Part shown: piece by piece, positions 26,229 through 36,677 of the stretch | How the letters are laid out: each line of letters starts with the position of its first letter | Position numbering within the stretch: the first letter of the stretch is position 1 | IMG/VR virus record: IMGVR_UViG_3300005261_000064 | Coordinates: 1 to 40,682 of that record | Source: a virus | Taxonomy: Duplodnaviria > Caudoviricetes | Length of the DNA stretch: 40,682 bases | Direction: 5' to 3' (one strand) | Made by a program: the position numbers and the translations under genes | The notes under the pieces: model-generated | The model's input: only the letters and a program-made list of their open reading frames with translations | Told to the model about the DNA's origin: nothing | Databases searched by the model: none

Positions 26229-29200
26229 ATGGCCGCTCTCGGTTCTCTCGTGGTCAAGCTCGCCCTGGAGCATGCGCAGTACACAGATGCCTTAGGAAAG
26301 AGTGAGCAAGATGCGCTCGCAGCAGCGAAGCGCATTCAGGACACGATGGACAGTGTCCAGTCCCGTGTTGCTTCGACGGTCGGAACGATCGTTGGCACGA
26401 TCGCTGCGGGGCTTTCAATTAATGCCTTCAAAAACATCATCTCGGGTGCTATTGAAGCAAATGCAAAGCTCAATGATCTGTCGATCATTGCAGGGACATC
26501 CGTAGAGGCCTTGAGTGGCTTGGCCAGTATTGGCAAGTACAGCGACATGGGCGCTGATGCGATCGCGTCGAGCATGAACAAGCTCACCAAGAACCTCGCG
26601 ATGGCTACTGAAGAAAGCAAGGGGACTGGTCGTGCGGTCCAAATGCTGGGGCTGGATATGGACTCCTTCAGGCAGCTCAAGCCTGAGGATCAGATGATGG
26701 CCGTGGCAAAGGCCTTGGATCAGTTTCAGGATGGCGCGGGAAAGTCGGCCGTCATGATGGCCTTGTATGGCAAAGAGGGGGCAAAGATGCTCCCGATGAT
26801 GAAGGATCTGGCAGATGTCGCGGATCTGCAGGTCAAGGCAACAACTGAGGTTGCTGCTGCCTCTGACTCTCTCAGTGATAACTGGCAGCGCTTGAGCACG
26901 AGCGGGGATGCGTGGAAAAAGCAGCTCGCAAATGCCATGATTCCGGCCCTTGACCTCGGTGTGCAGGCGGTTCTTGGCCTTGTAAATGGAACTGGTGGGC
27001 TTCGTGAACAGGTCAAAAAGCTGGCTGATGACGGCTCCATCAAGCAATGGACCTTGGACGCCCTTGAAGGCTTTAGTTACGTCGCATCGGCTGCGGAGAC
27101 TGCTTGGAACGTCATCAAGGCGGTGACCTTCACCATGTCTGGCCTTGCCGCTGGTGTGGTGCAGCTGGTTCAGGGCAACTTTCGAGGGGCTGCTGTCGCA
27201 TTCTCGGCGGCATGGGAGGATGCCACCAGCGTGTTTGATAACGACACGATGGGGGCTAAGTTTCGAGCCAGGCTGGAGGAGTTGCGTGCAATGGCTGATG
27301 TTGCCAAGGCAACGAAGCCCAAATTGGACGGGGCTGACCTCGGCGAAGGGAAGACGAAGTCTTCTACTGAATCCGAGTACGACAAGCTGATCAAGCGCAT
27401 CCAGGAGCGCATCAACGCCAGCCAGGCCGAGATCGAAGTGGGCAGGCAGCTCACCGAGGGCGAGAAGTTCCGTGTCAAGGTGCTCAGCGACATGGATGCG
27501 GCCGGCATCAAGCTGACCGAGACCGAGCGTGAAGCCCTCAAGGTGCTGCTGGCCCGGACTGCTGTGCTCGATCGCGATGTGCAGGCTGCCAAGTTGCGCA
27601 CGCAGACCGAGCAGAACGCGGCTGAGCAAGCAGCGCAGTCGGAAAAGGAGCGCGCTGAGTACGCCGCGCGCACGATGCAGCTCTGGCAGCAACGCACTGT
27701 GGCTGCCAACGAGGCGATCCAGTCGGCCTCTGACTCGAATGAGTTGGTCCAGTACGAGGCAACGCTTTTGGGGCAGACCACCCAGGCCCGTCAGACCTTG
27801 GTTGAGGTGCGTCGCGTTGAGTTGGAGCTGGCCAAAAAGCTGCGCGAAATCGACCAGATGGAGCTGGAGGATTATCAGAAAGATGCCCTCAAGGACAAGG
27901 CCCGTGAGTGGGCTGAGATCTCCAAATCGATCGTCAAAAACCGCGCGGCCCTCAGCGAAACCGACAGGATCCTCTCCTCTGTGGACAGCACCGCGCAGCA
28001 GGTGTGGACCAACATTTGGGAGGGTGGCAGCAACGTCTTTGTGAAGCTCGGCCAGACCCTCAAGGCCTCTCTGCTGGACCTGCTGTATCAGATGGTGCTG
28101 CGGCCCTGGGTGATCAACATTGCGGCCAACATCCTGGGTTCGATGGGCTTGTCTGGCGCAACCTCGGCCGTAACTGGCGGCAGCAACCTGTTGTCTACAG
28201 GTAGCAACCTGATCAACATTGGCCGCGGCGCCATGTCTATGGGCAACATCGGTGGCTCGATGTTCGCGAACGCGACCGGCACCGGTATCGATGGGCTGTT
28301 GGCCACCAACGGTGCGTACGGTACGGCCGGCGGTGCTGGAGCAGCGTGGGCGAGTGTGGCGCAGTTTGCCGGCTGGGCAGCAGCTGCGTACGCCGCTTAC
28401 AAAATTCTGAGCAGCTTGGACGGTGGGGAGACCCGCACCGGTGGGCAATACTCGGTGGCCTATGACGGGACCGTGAACAACAACCGTCGGGGCGAAAGCT
28501 ACCAGTACGTTGGCCAGCAGTACAACCGCGATAACTCTCTGAATGCCGATGGGTCGCGCACCAGGGTAACGAACGGTGAGGCCTACCTGATCGAGGCCGA
28601 TGGCATGGGCGCTGCCGAGAAGGCCACTCGTGCTGCTGTCGCCGGTACCGCAGCGGGCATCGATGCCACCCTGAAGGCACTGGGCAGCTCGGCCCGCCTG
28701 ACAGGGTTCTGGGCCGGTCTGGAGACCTCTGGAAATGGCCGGGGTGGTGTGTTCGCTGGGGGCTCGCTGTCCAACGGCAAGTTCTTTGGCGAGTCGGGCA
28801 AGGGGGATAACTACGCTGGCACGTTGTACGAAAAGTGGTCGACCAACAGCCCTGATGCTGCGACTGCTTCGGCGAACTTCGCGCTCGATCTGAAGCAGAG
28901 CTACATACAGGCGTTGCAGTCCGTCACCGATGTGCCTGAGTGGGTCAAAAAGAAGCTCAAGGACGTCACGGCTGAGTCGTTGTCTTCGGATGATGCTGAT
29001 GCCTTGATCAAGCTGATCAACGATCAGATCACGGCCGTCAACAGCTTGGGGGCTATGGCTGATGCCCTGCCGCTCAAGAACCTCAAGGACCTGTCATTCG
29101 ATGCAGCCTCGGGGATCATGGAATTGGTCGGCGGCCTGGACAACCTGACCTCCCTGGTCAGCAACTACTACAGCCTGTTTTACAGCGAGGAAGAGCGTAA

Positions 29201-30605
29201 GGCCCAGACCAAAGCCAACATCACCAAGACCTTGACGGATGCAGGTTTGGACGTGCCCAAGACACGGGAGGAATTCCGTGCCCTGGTGGACGCGCAGGAT
29301 CTGAACACCGAGGCGGGCCGCAAGAACTACGCGGTTTTGATGAACCTGGCCAGCGCATTCGCGTCGGTGACGGATTCGGCTGAGGACCTGAAAGCGGCGG
29401 CTGACAAAAAGGCGGCTGACGATAAGGCGGCCGCAGAAAAAGCCAAGGCTGATGCGATCACTGCCCGCAACGATGCGATGAACGCTGCTTATTCCTCGTT
29501 GGAAAAAGCGGTTGATGCGCAGAAGTCGGCGCTTTCGACTCAGCGTGAGGCTGTGTCGTCGCTGAAGGACGAGCTGCAGGGTGTTTTTGATCTGCTGGAC
29601 GGCAGCATCCGCGATCTGCTTAACAGCGTCACCAGTACGACCGCCCAGTCGGCGGCGCAGGCTCGGCAATTCATTGCCCAGGCTCTGCAGACCGCGTTGA
29701 CGACGGGTGCTTTGCCTGATCAGGCCGAGTTGTCAAACGCGATCTCAACGGTAAAGGACCAGATCGACTCATCTGTGTACGCAACGGCGGCCGAACGTGA
29801 TTACCAGCGGATGGTGCTGGCGGCCCAGTTGTCTGCACTGAAGGACGTCAGCGGCACCCAGCTTTCGACTGCTGAGAAGACCCTGGCCGGTATCGATGAG
29901 CAGATCGCTCAGCTCGATAAAACGCTCGCCTACTGGAAAGAGCAGATCGAGATCGCGCAGGGCACCCACGAGGCCACGCTCAGCGTCGCCGATGCCATAC
30001 AGGCATTGACCGATGCGATCACGGGCAAGGACTCAGGCTCTTCCGGATCGAGCGGAGGCAGCGGCAGCAGTGGCAGCACTGGGGCATCGCCTGCTTTTGT
30101 CGTCGGTGGTGGTGGGTCTGGCTCTCGGCCCACCAGCGGTTCATCTCCCGCATTCGTTGTCGGTGGCGGCAGCAAGGGCACGACGTTCAACACGTCCGAC
30201 CCAGCAAAAGCGACCACGTTGGCCGGCTATTACGGCGCGGTCTACGGGTGGAGCGCCGACGACTTCAAGTCGTGGGCAAGCAATCCGCTGAACAAGTCGG
30301 AGGCCGAGCGGCAAGCGGCCGAGCTGGGCATCCCGCTTTTGTCCCGCGGCACGAACTATGTGGCGCGGGCGGGCCTGGCTTACCTGCATGAGCGGGAGGC
30401 GGTGGTGCCCGCTCCCTACAACCCAGCAGCCGGTGGGGCAGGGGTGGGAGGGAATTCGGGCAGTGCTGATTCGTCGGCGCTGCTCGCAGAGGTTGCCGCG
30501 CTGCGCGAGGAGGCTCGCCTGTCTCGCGAGGCCATGCAGACGGTTCGCACGTTGCTCAACGACGTCACTGAGGGTGGAAACATGATGAGGTCAAAAGCAG
30601 TATGA
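26229..30605 (+). CDS. Tail tape measure protein
   Basis: 1458 aa, Ala-rich helical; MAALGSLVVKLAL start; GTNYV...YLHEREAVVPAPYNP C-terminal motif. Confidence 0.95.
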   Translation: MAALGSLVVKLALEHAQYTDALGKSEQDALAAAKRIQDTMDSVQSRVASTVGTIVGTIAAGLSINAFKNIISGAIEANAKLNDLSIIAGTSVEALSGLASIGKYSDMGADAIASSMNKLTKNLAMATEESKGTGRAVQMLGLDMDSFRQLKPEDQMMAVAKALDQFQDGAGKSAVMMALYGKEGAKMLPMMKDLADVADLQVKATTEVAAASDSLSDNWQRLSTSGDAWKKQLANAMIPALDLGVQAVLGLVNGTGGLREQVKKLADDGSIKQWTLDALEGFSYVASAAETAWNVIKAVTFTMSGLAAGVVQLVQGNFRGAAVAFSAAWEDATSVFDNDTMGAKFRARLEELRAMADVAKATKPKLDGADLGEGKTKSSTESEYDKLIKRIQERINASQAEIEVGRQLTEGEKFRVKVLSDMDAAGIKLTETEREALKVLLARTAVLDRDVQAAKLRTQTEQNAAEQAAQSEKERAEYAARTMQLWQQRTVAANEAIQSASDSNELVQYEATLLGQTTQARQTLVEVRRVELELAKKLREIDQMELEDYQKDALKDKAREWAEISKSIVKNRAALSETDRILSSVDSTAQQVWTNIWEGGSNVFVKLGQTLKASLLDLLYQMVLRPWVINIAANILGSMGLSGATSAVTGGSNLLSTGSNLINIGRGAMSMGNIGGSMFANATGTGIDGLLATNGAYGTAGGAGAAWASVAQFAGWAAAAYAAYKILSSLDGGETRTGGQYSVAYDGTVNNNRRGESYQYVGQQYNRDNSLNADGSRTRVTNGEAYLIEADGMGAAEKATRAAVAGTAAGIDATLKALGSSARLTGFWAGLETSGNGRGGVFAGGSLSNGKFFGESGKGDNYAGTLYEKWSTNSPDAATASANFALDLKQSYIQALQSVTDVPEWVKKKLKDVTAESLSSDDADALIKLINDQITAVNSLGAMADALPLKNLKDLSFDAASGIMELVGGLDNLTSLVSNYYSLFYSEEERKAQTKANITKTLTDAGLDVPKTREEFRALVDAQDLNTEAGRKNYAVLMNLASAFASVTDSAEDLKAAADKKAADDKAAAEKAKADAITARNDAMNAAYSSLEKAVDAQKSALSTQREAVSSLKDELQGVFDLLDGSIRDLLNSVTSTTAQSAAQARQFIAQALQTALTTGALPDQAELSNAISTVKDQIDSSVYATAAERDYQRMVLAAQLSALKDVSGTQLSTAEKTLAGIDEQIAQLDKTLAYWKEQIEIAQGTHEATLSVADAIQALTDAITGKDSGSSGSSGGSGSSGSTGASPAFVVGGGGSGSRPTSGSSPAFVVGGGSKGTTFNTSDPAKATTLAGYYGAVYGWSADDFKSWASNPLNKSEAERQAAELGIPLLSRGTNYVARAGLAYLHEREAVVPAPYNPAAGGAGVGGNSGSADSSALLAEVAALREEARLSREAMQTVRTLLNDVTEGGNMMRSKAV

Positions 30606-31522
30606 GATTCATCAAACCTATTGCGATCACGGATGGGTTGCTGGGGGCGGGTGTTTCGATACCGGAAGACCCGACGCCCGCCTGGGCCGCTGGAGCCTAC
30701 AACGAGGGTGATGAGGTCCACCTGGTGAGCACTCACCGGGTATACCGATCCGCGGCCACGGGCTCCAGCTCGGTCTCTCCGGACGTTGATACAACGCGCT
30801 GGAAAGACATGCGGGCAACGGTGCGTTGGGCTCCGTTTGACCTGTATGCCAACACCCAGGCCTACAGCACGTCGACTGACCTCGTGTTCCCGATCACTGC
30901 TCGGTTCTGCCGCTCCGTTGCGCTTTACGGCTGCGAGGGTCGGGAGTGGGAGATCACGGTCCACGAGTCGGCCTCAGGTGCGCTGCTGCAGACCTACAGC
31001 GGTCGCCTGCAGCAACCGCCGACAGGCTGGTACGACTATCTGTTCGGCGCCAGGCGTCGGATTCCGAAGGTTGCGGTGTTCGATCTACCCATCCGCCCAG
31101 CTGCGCTTGTCACCGTCAAGATCAAGGCCGGTGGCACCCGTCGGCGGGCAGTCGGGATGATCGTCTTGGGGCGCCTGCAGCCGCTGTTTGGCGTGGGCGG
31201 TGAGTCGGGTGTGGAGTACGGGGCCACGGCCTCGCCCGTGGCCTATTCCTACATCGATTTTGATGATGACGGCCAGGTCACGATCATCAAGCGCCCGAAG
31301 GCCACCAACCTCAAATGCCGCGTCCACCTGCCCAGATCGATGGCAGACAACGCGCTGCTGCTTCTGCAGGACGCGCTGGATACGCCCATGGCCTGGTTCG
31401 CGACAGGCGTGCCTGGCTATGGCGGCCTGAGCGCATTTGGGATCGCATCGTCCAGTGATGTGAATTACGCGGGCAATGCCCACGCCTATATCGATTTATC
31501 AATCAGAGGATTCTCCGAATGA
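30602..31522 (+). CDS. Minor tail (tail-tip) protein
   Basis: Follows the tape measure; WAAGAYNEGDEV...HRVYRS carbohydrate-binding-like module; YSYIDFDDDGQVTIIKR. Confidence 0.75.
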   Translation: MRFIKPIAITDGLLGAGVSIPEDPTPAWAAGAYNEGDEVHLVSTHRVYRSAATGSSSVSPDVDTTRWKDMRATVRWAPFDLYANTQAYSTSTDLVFPITARFCRSVALYGCEGREWEITVHESASGALLQTYSGRLQQPPTGWYDYLFGARRRIPKVAVFDLPIRPAALVTVKIKAGGTRRRAVGMIVLGRLQPLFGVGGESGVEYGATASPVAYSYIDFDDDGQVTIIKRPKATNLKCRVHLPRSMADNALLLLQDALDTPMAWFATGVPGYGGLSAFGIASSSDVNYAGNAHAYIDLSIRGFSE

Positions 31523-32229
31523 CTTATCCGGTACCGACCGTAGATGTGCTGCCCGCAGCACCGGACCCCGATGACGACGAGGCGGCATTCGACACCGATG
31601 CTTTCGCCTGGTCGAGTGCGCTGCCGAGTTTTAGGACTCAATTGCTGGCCCTGGGCGACAACGTGCTTGTCAATGCGGGCTATGCCCATGAGCAGGCAGG
31701 CGTTGCCGAAGGCTGGGCCGATACCGCCAGCGGCTATGCAAGCAATGCAGCCGCCAGTGCAGCGACCGCTGCCACGTCTACGGCCATCGCGCTGGGGTCG
31801 GCCAATTTCAAAGGCCTGTGGCCGAGCCTGGCCGGCGCCCTGGCCAAGCCCGCCTGCGTCAAGCACAACGGTCACTTCTGGCTGCTGCTCAACAACCTGG
31901 GCAACGTGGCCGCCAGCGAGCCCGGCGTGACCGCCGACTGGACCGCCATGGACCAAGGCGTGACCCCTACCCAGACCATCACCGCCGACACGGTAGGCGT
32001 GGCGGGCGTGCGCTACCTGATTGATGCAACGGGCATCACCTTGACCCTCCCTGTGCCTGTCTACAAGGGCGACTACACGGGGTGGCGTGAAGTGCATGGC
32101 AGCGTCGGCGCCGTGGTGCGCTTCGGCACCACGAAGTGCCGCGGCCGCAGCCCTGGTGACCTGTACATCGACATGCCTGGCATGGGGGTGGATCTGTATT
32201 TCGAGGATGCAACAAGGGGGTATTGCTGA
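31519..32229 (+). CDS. Tail fibre-related protein
   Basis: ANFKGLWPSLAGAL...VKHNGHFWLLL...SEPG module; position in the tail cluster. Confidence 0.7.
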   Translation: MTYPVPTVDVLPAAPDPDDDEAAFDTDAFAWSSALPSFRTQLLALGDNVLVNAGYAHEQAGVAEGWADTASGYASNAAASAATAATSTAIALGSANFKGLWPSLAGALAKPACVKHNGHFWLLLNNLGNVAASEPGVTADWTAMDQGVTPTQTITADTVGVAGVRYLIDATGITLTLPVPVYKGDYTGWREVHGSVGAVVRFGTTKCRGRSPGDLYIDMPGMGVDLYFEDATRGYC

Positions 32230-32879
32230 TGAATGCGAGTGAGCTTTTTCCGGCTGGCGGCGGCAAGCTGCGCAGCCAGGACTTCACCAGCTCGGGCACC
32301 TTCACGCCCTCCACTGGCTTGCTGGCGGCTGGTGGGCGTGTGTGGGCTGAGATGGTGGGTGGTGGTGCTGGTGGCTATCCAGGGGGGAGCACGCCAGGGC
32401 GCGGTGGCCGTGGTGGCCAGCGACGTCTGGTTCAGGTCGTAGTCACCGGGCCCACAGCGGTTGTGATTGGGTCTGGTGGTGCGCCGGCCTCGGCTGGTGG
32501 GTCTACCTCTTTCGGCTCTGAAACTGCACTGGGAGGCCAGCTGAGCGGCACTGCTATTTCCGGCATGTCTCCAGGCGGCATGCCTGGCTTCGATATGAGC
32601 CAGACCTATTCCAAGTTGGCGCCGGGATCGAACGGAGCCAACGGTGAGCGCGGTCTGGGTGGCGGTGGCGGCGGTGGCGGCTGGGGTGGCAGCGATGCGG
32701 GCGGTGGTGTTGATGGTGGCGGTGATGGCGGCACCGGCATTGGTTCTGGTGCCAACGGTGCTGCCAATTCTGGTGGGGGCGGCGGCGGAGGCGGCGGCAG
32801 CTACGGCGGTGGGGGTGTTGGTGGCGCTGGCGGATATGGCGGCTCGGGCTTCATTCGCGCCTGGTGGCAAGAGGTCTGA
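32229..32879 (+). CDS. Glycine-rich tail protein
   Basis: FTSSGTFT...MVGGGAGG...ANSGGGGGGG...GGSGFI. Confidence 0.8.
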   Translation: MNASELFPAGGGKLRSQDFTSSGTFTPSTGLLAAGGRVWAEMVGGGAGGYPGGSTPGRGGRGGQRRLVQVVVTGPTAVVIGSGGAPASAGGSTSFGSETALGGQLSGTAISGMSPGGMPGFDMSQTYSKLAPGSNGANGERGLGGGGGGGGWGGSDAGGGVDGGGDGGTGIGSGANGAANSGGGGGGGGGSYGGGGVGGAGGYGGSGFIRAWWQEV

Positions 32880-32881
32880 CC

Positions 32882-33328
32882 ATGGAATACGCACTCATTA
32901 ACGCGGGCGCCGTGGTCAACCGCATCGTTGCCGAGCCCGACTTTGTGGCGCTGATCGCCGACAAGTACCAGCACGTCGAGCAACTGCCCGACAACAGCCT
33001 GGTGGGCCTTGGCTGGACCTGGAGCGCTGAGGCGGGGTTTGTGGCCCCCGCAGCCCCCGAGGTGCCCGTCATCCCGGTCCCTGCCGTCCCTGTCTCGGTC
33101 TCGATGCGCCAGGCCAAGAGAGCGCTGCTTGCGGCCGGCCTGCTCGATCTGGCCGACCAGGCCATTGCCGGCATTGCCGACGACACCGAGCGCCGCGCGG
33201 CACAGATCGACTGGACCTCCGCAACCGATGTGCGCCGCGACTGGCCCCTGGTGGCCTCAATTGCCCAGGCGCTGAGCCTGACTGATCAACAAATCGACCA
33301 GCTGTTTGTGGCTGCGTCTCAACTGTGA
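32882..33328 (+). CDS. Tail fibre-associated/assembly protein
   Basis: YALINAGAVVNRIV...VGLGWTW; VSMRQAKRALL...QIDQLFVAA. Confidence 0.75.
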   Translation: MEYALINAGAVVNRIVAEPDFVALIADKYQHVEQLPDNSLVGLGWTWSAEAGFVAPAAPEVPVIPVPAVPVSVSMRQAKRALLAAGLLDLADQAIAGIADDTERRAAQIDWTSATDVRRDWPLVASIAQALSLTDQQIDQLFVAASQL

Positions 33329-33338
33329 GGGAAATGAA

Positions 33339-35792
33339 ATGGAAACCGGTGATAAGACAATTTCGGTGCGTGACGCGAACACTCAAAAGCGACTCAAGCT
33401 GATGCCGGATGGCACGTTTGCCGAGGTGGTGACTGTGCTGTTCACGATGGATTCGAGTGAGCACGCTGATGAGCATGCAAGCCTGGGGATTCCTGTTGTT
33501 ACCGCATCTGGCCTGGCGGTGACAGTACCTGCGTTCGCCGTTGGTGGTGCAAGCTTTGTAGGTGGATCTATCACGCTGCCCGCGGCTGGTACCTGGTATG
33601 TCGGCGTCGAGATTTTTGGGGGCGCAGTTCGCTGCCTGCCGCGTCTTGGCCATCGTGGCTGGATCCCTCTGGCCAAGGTCGTCTGCTCTGCCTCGGCAGT
33701 GACCAGTTTGAACCAGATCTCCCCCGTGGTACCTACATGCCGAATCCCGCGCACCATGGCGAAACTGCGCGCTGGAACGCCAATCAGCGTCTTGGTGATG
33801 GGGTCGTCGCTGGCGGAAGGCATTACCACTGACGTGTGGGCTGGCATGCTGTTCAATCAATCGTCCAGCGCCGCGAACTATCGTCTGCCGGGCTCGATCA
33901 CATTGAACAACGTCGCACTGGGCGGAACTCCGAACCAGTACCAGTTGGCACAGCTTGGCTACGCCTCTAAGCTCGACGGCGTGCTATACAGCAACGGCGT
34001 CGTGCCGAGCATGTTTGGCGCCAAGAAGGCTCCGAATGGCCGCACCTCGCTGCTGAACGGCGTCGACCTGGTGGTCATCACGACCCTGGCGAACGGTGGT
34101 GATTTCCGGCTGGAATGCATAGAGCCTGTGGTGCGAAACCTTCGCAAGCAAGGCGTCGAGGTGATCCTCTGCACTGACAACCCGCAGGGCCCGACCCAGA
34201 ACTACACGCAGTTGACCACCTCGGCGCTGTATGTGGACGGCCCCGAAGTGATGCGTATCGCCGACACCTATGGTGTCGAGCTGGCCGATACCGCCGCCTA
34301 CGTTTTCGACGCCTACATGCGCTATCCCTCGGCTTCGATCTATCGCGATTCAATCCACATGTTTGCTGCTGCTCCAGCAGGTCGCAATGTTCAGCCTGGC
34401 GGAGGCTATGAGGTTTGGGCCCGCGCGATCCGCAGTCTGTTCACCGTCGACGCTACGGTCACCGGTACCACCGTCCAGACTTACAACTTCGACTCGCAAA
34501 TCCCGTCCGATGTGTATGCCTACGGCAACAACACCATCAGCCTGTCTGGCGGCAAGCTGCTGGTCGCGCCGAATGCTGGCAATGCCGCCTGGGGCGTGCG
34601 GATCAACATTCCCGGGATCAAGTCTGGTGATACGGTGTCGGTAGTCTTCGACCAGAGCCAGCCCGGCGCTGCAATGCCCTCTATTGAGGTGGGCCTGCAA
34701 GGCGGTGGTGCCGGCTGGGGCAGCGTGACCAACAGCACCTCCAGCGCTGTCGGCAACCGCACGATCACGCTGGTCGCAAACCGCGACATCACTACTGGTG
34801 GCCAGGTGCTTCTGTACGTGTCGGCCAACAGCAACTCCTTCCTGCTGGACAACGTGACCGTGACGGTGAACTCGACGTTCGAGGGTGTCTCGACTGACTT
34901 GATGCCAAACCGTGTCTGCGAAACCCGCGCTCTGCCGATGTCTCGCCTGGTGACCGTCGCAAAGACGCCTGGCGATGCCTTTGTGATCCTACCCAAGGAT
35001 GAGGCTCACCTCGCATTGCTGGATGGCCTGCAGGGTACTCTCGGCGCGCATCCTGCCGGCGGTGGATCTTTCGCCCGCCGGTTCTCTTCCGCTGTTGGCG
35101 CCGGGGAGGATCTGCTGACTGTCGCATCTGGCAAAAGCTGTGCGATCGCGGGCCTCGGGGCGGTCGGCTTCTCGCTGATCCACTACACGCAGAACGGTGA
35201 TGCTGCCGTGACCATCGATGTCTACCGGAATAACATCTTCCAGAAGACCATCACCATCGGTGCATCCACGATCACCCGCGAGATCTACACCACGATCTAT
35301 ACGCCAAGCGAGTTCAATCAGGGTTCTTTTGCGCCGACCTTTGAGGTTGTTGATCTGCGCGTCACCTCTGGCACTCTGCGGGTTTGCGCCTTGGTCGCCC
35401 TGACTGCAGAACTTGACTTTGTGATGCCGGAAGACATCAAGCGCATTGGCACTTGGACTGGCCGGGTCCAGGGTGGGGCGCCGAACATGGTGGGCTATGC
35501 AACCGACACGGCTGGTGACTACGCCTACATCAAGTGTCCGCCGACCGGCCGTCGCGTGGGCTGGATCATGTCCGGCAAGCCCAACAGTCAGCCCTGCAAT
35601 TTCTGGTCTGGCCGCATGGCGTCTTTGGCGGTGGCCACTGCCGGCGTGAACCATGTCTATTGCCAGGGAAACCTGATGGGTGGGGATGATCTCCACTATG
35701 TTCAATGCAACACCACGCTTGCAGGCGGTGGGAATTCCGTCAATGGCTACGGCTTGCACATTGGCGGAGCGGTCATCGTCAACGATCGATAG
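33339..35792 (+). CDS. SGNH/GDSL-hydrolase-domain tailspike-like protein (817 aa)
   Basis: Blocks VMGSSL, ALGG, LANG and DSIH followed by beta-sandwich regions. Confidence 0.7.
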   Translation: METGDKTISVRDANTQKRLKLMPDGTFAEVVTVLFTMDSSEHADEHASLGIPVVTASGLAVTVPAFAVGGASFVGGSITLPAAGTWYVGVEIFGGAVRCLPRLGHRGWIPLAKVVCSASAVTSLNQISPVVPTCRIPRTMAKLRAGTPISVLVMGSSLAEGITTDVWAGMLFNQSSSAANYRLPGSITLNNVALGGTPNQYQLAQLGYASKLDGVLYSNGVVPSMFGAKKAPNGRTSLLNGVDLVVITTLANGGDFRLECIEPVVRNLRKQGVEVILCTDNPQGPTQNYTQLTTSALYVDGPEVMRIADTYGVELADTAAYVFDAYMRYPSASIYRDSIHMFAAAPAGRNVQPGGGYEVWARAIRSLFTVDATVTGTTVQTYNFDSQIPSDVYAYGNNTISLSGGKLLVAPNAGNAAWGVRINIPGIKSGDTVSVVFDQSQPGAAMPSIEVGLQGGGAGWGSVTNSTSSAVGNRTITLVANRDITTGGQVLLYVSANSNSFLLDNVTVTVNSTFEGVSTDLMPNRVCETRALPMSRLVTVAKTPGDAFVILPKDEAHLALLDGLQGTLGAHPAGGGSFARRFSSAVGAGEDLLTVASGKSCAIAGLGAVGFSLIHYTQNGDAAVTIDVYRNNIFQKTITIGASTITREIYTTIYTPSEFNQGSFAPTFEVVDLRVTSGTLRVCALVALTAELDFVMPEDIKRIGTWTGRVQGGAPNMVGYATDTAGDYAYIKCPPTGRRVGWIMSGKPNSQPCNFWSGRMASLAVATAGVNHVYCQGNLMGGDDLHYVQCNTTLAGGGNSVNGYGLHIGGAVIVNDR

Positions 35793-35799
35793 GCGGCCT

Positions 35800-36207
35800 A
35801 TGCCTGAACCGACTACCACTGCAATAGTCACCCTGGTGGCTGATCCCGCACCGGGCCCGGCACCAGCCGGAGACCCGCCGCCCTATACCGGCCCCGAGCG
35901 CCGCCGCTCCATGCGCGACTGGCAGGACTCCATTGAGCGCCGCTTTGTCGAGGTAGACCGCCGCTTCGGCGAGGGCTCCGAGACGATGAAGGCCTTGGCC
36001 GATGGCCTGGCAGACAACACGGCCGCAACCATGCGCACCGAGGCAAACACAGCCGAACTGGTGAGCGTGTTCCAGTCGTTCAAGGGGGCCTTTCAGGTCT
36101 TCAACATGATTGGTGCCGCCGCCAAGCCCTTGGGCTACATCGTCATGTGTGCCTCGGCCATCTGGGGTGCAATCATCGTGTTCAAGACAGGTGGAGGCCA
36201 CCGATGA
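35800..36207 (+). CDS. Putative holin-like membrane protein
   Basis: Coiled coil plus C-terminal TM helix; ATGA overlap with the endolysin. Confidence 0.55.
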   Translation: MPEPTTTAIVTLVADPAPGPAPAGDPPPYTGPERRRSMRDWQDSIERRFVEVDRRFGEGSETMKALADGLADNTAATMRTEANTAELVSVFQSFKGAFQVFNMIGAAAKPLGYIVMCASAIWGAIIVFKTGGGHR

Positions 36208-36677
36208 TCGACAAGCGCAAGCTCATCATTGTGGCCCTGGCCACGGCCATCGCGGCGCCTGCGGAAGGTCTGCGCACCAAGGCCTACCGTGATCCGGTAG
36301 GCATCCCCACGATCTGTTTTGGCAGCACCAAGGGCGTGCGGATGGGCCAGGAGGCCACGCCCGACCAGTGCAATCGACTCCTGTCGGCAGAGATGCTGGA
36401 AAGCGTCGACCAGGTGGACCGCTGTGTGCCAGGCCTGCCGCCACACGTTGCGGCCGCATTCGCTGATGCTGCCTACAACCTGGGCCCGTCAATCGTCTGT
36501 GATCGCAACCGCTCGACCGCAGCGCGGCTGCTGGCCAGTGGTCGCTTTATCGAGGCCTGCCGTGAGCTGCTCAAGTGGGACAAGGCCCGGGTGGCTGGTG
36601 TGCTGGTGTCCCTGCCTGGGCTGACCAAAAGGCGGGCTGCGGAGATGGATCTCTGTCTCAACGGGGGTACGGCATGA
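36204..36677 (+). CDS. Endolysin, GH24 lysozyme (probable SAR type)
   Basis: EGLRTKAYRDPVGIPTICFGST (E-D-T triad), GLTKRRAAE, hydrophobic N-terminus. Confidence 0.93.
   Translation: MIDKRKLIIVALATAIAAPAEGLRTKAYRDPVGIPTICFGSTKGVRMGQEATPDQCNRLLSAEMLESVDQVDRCVPGLPPHVAAAFADAAYNLGPSIVCDRNRSTAARLLASGRFIEACRELLKWDKARVAGVLVSLPGLTKRRAAEMDLCLNGGTA

Noticed and set aside
32650-32850. GGC/GGT repeats as a tandem repeat or diversity-generating target
   Set aside because: Explained by poly-Gly coding; no reverse transcriptase, template repeat or invertase in the window
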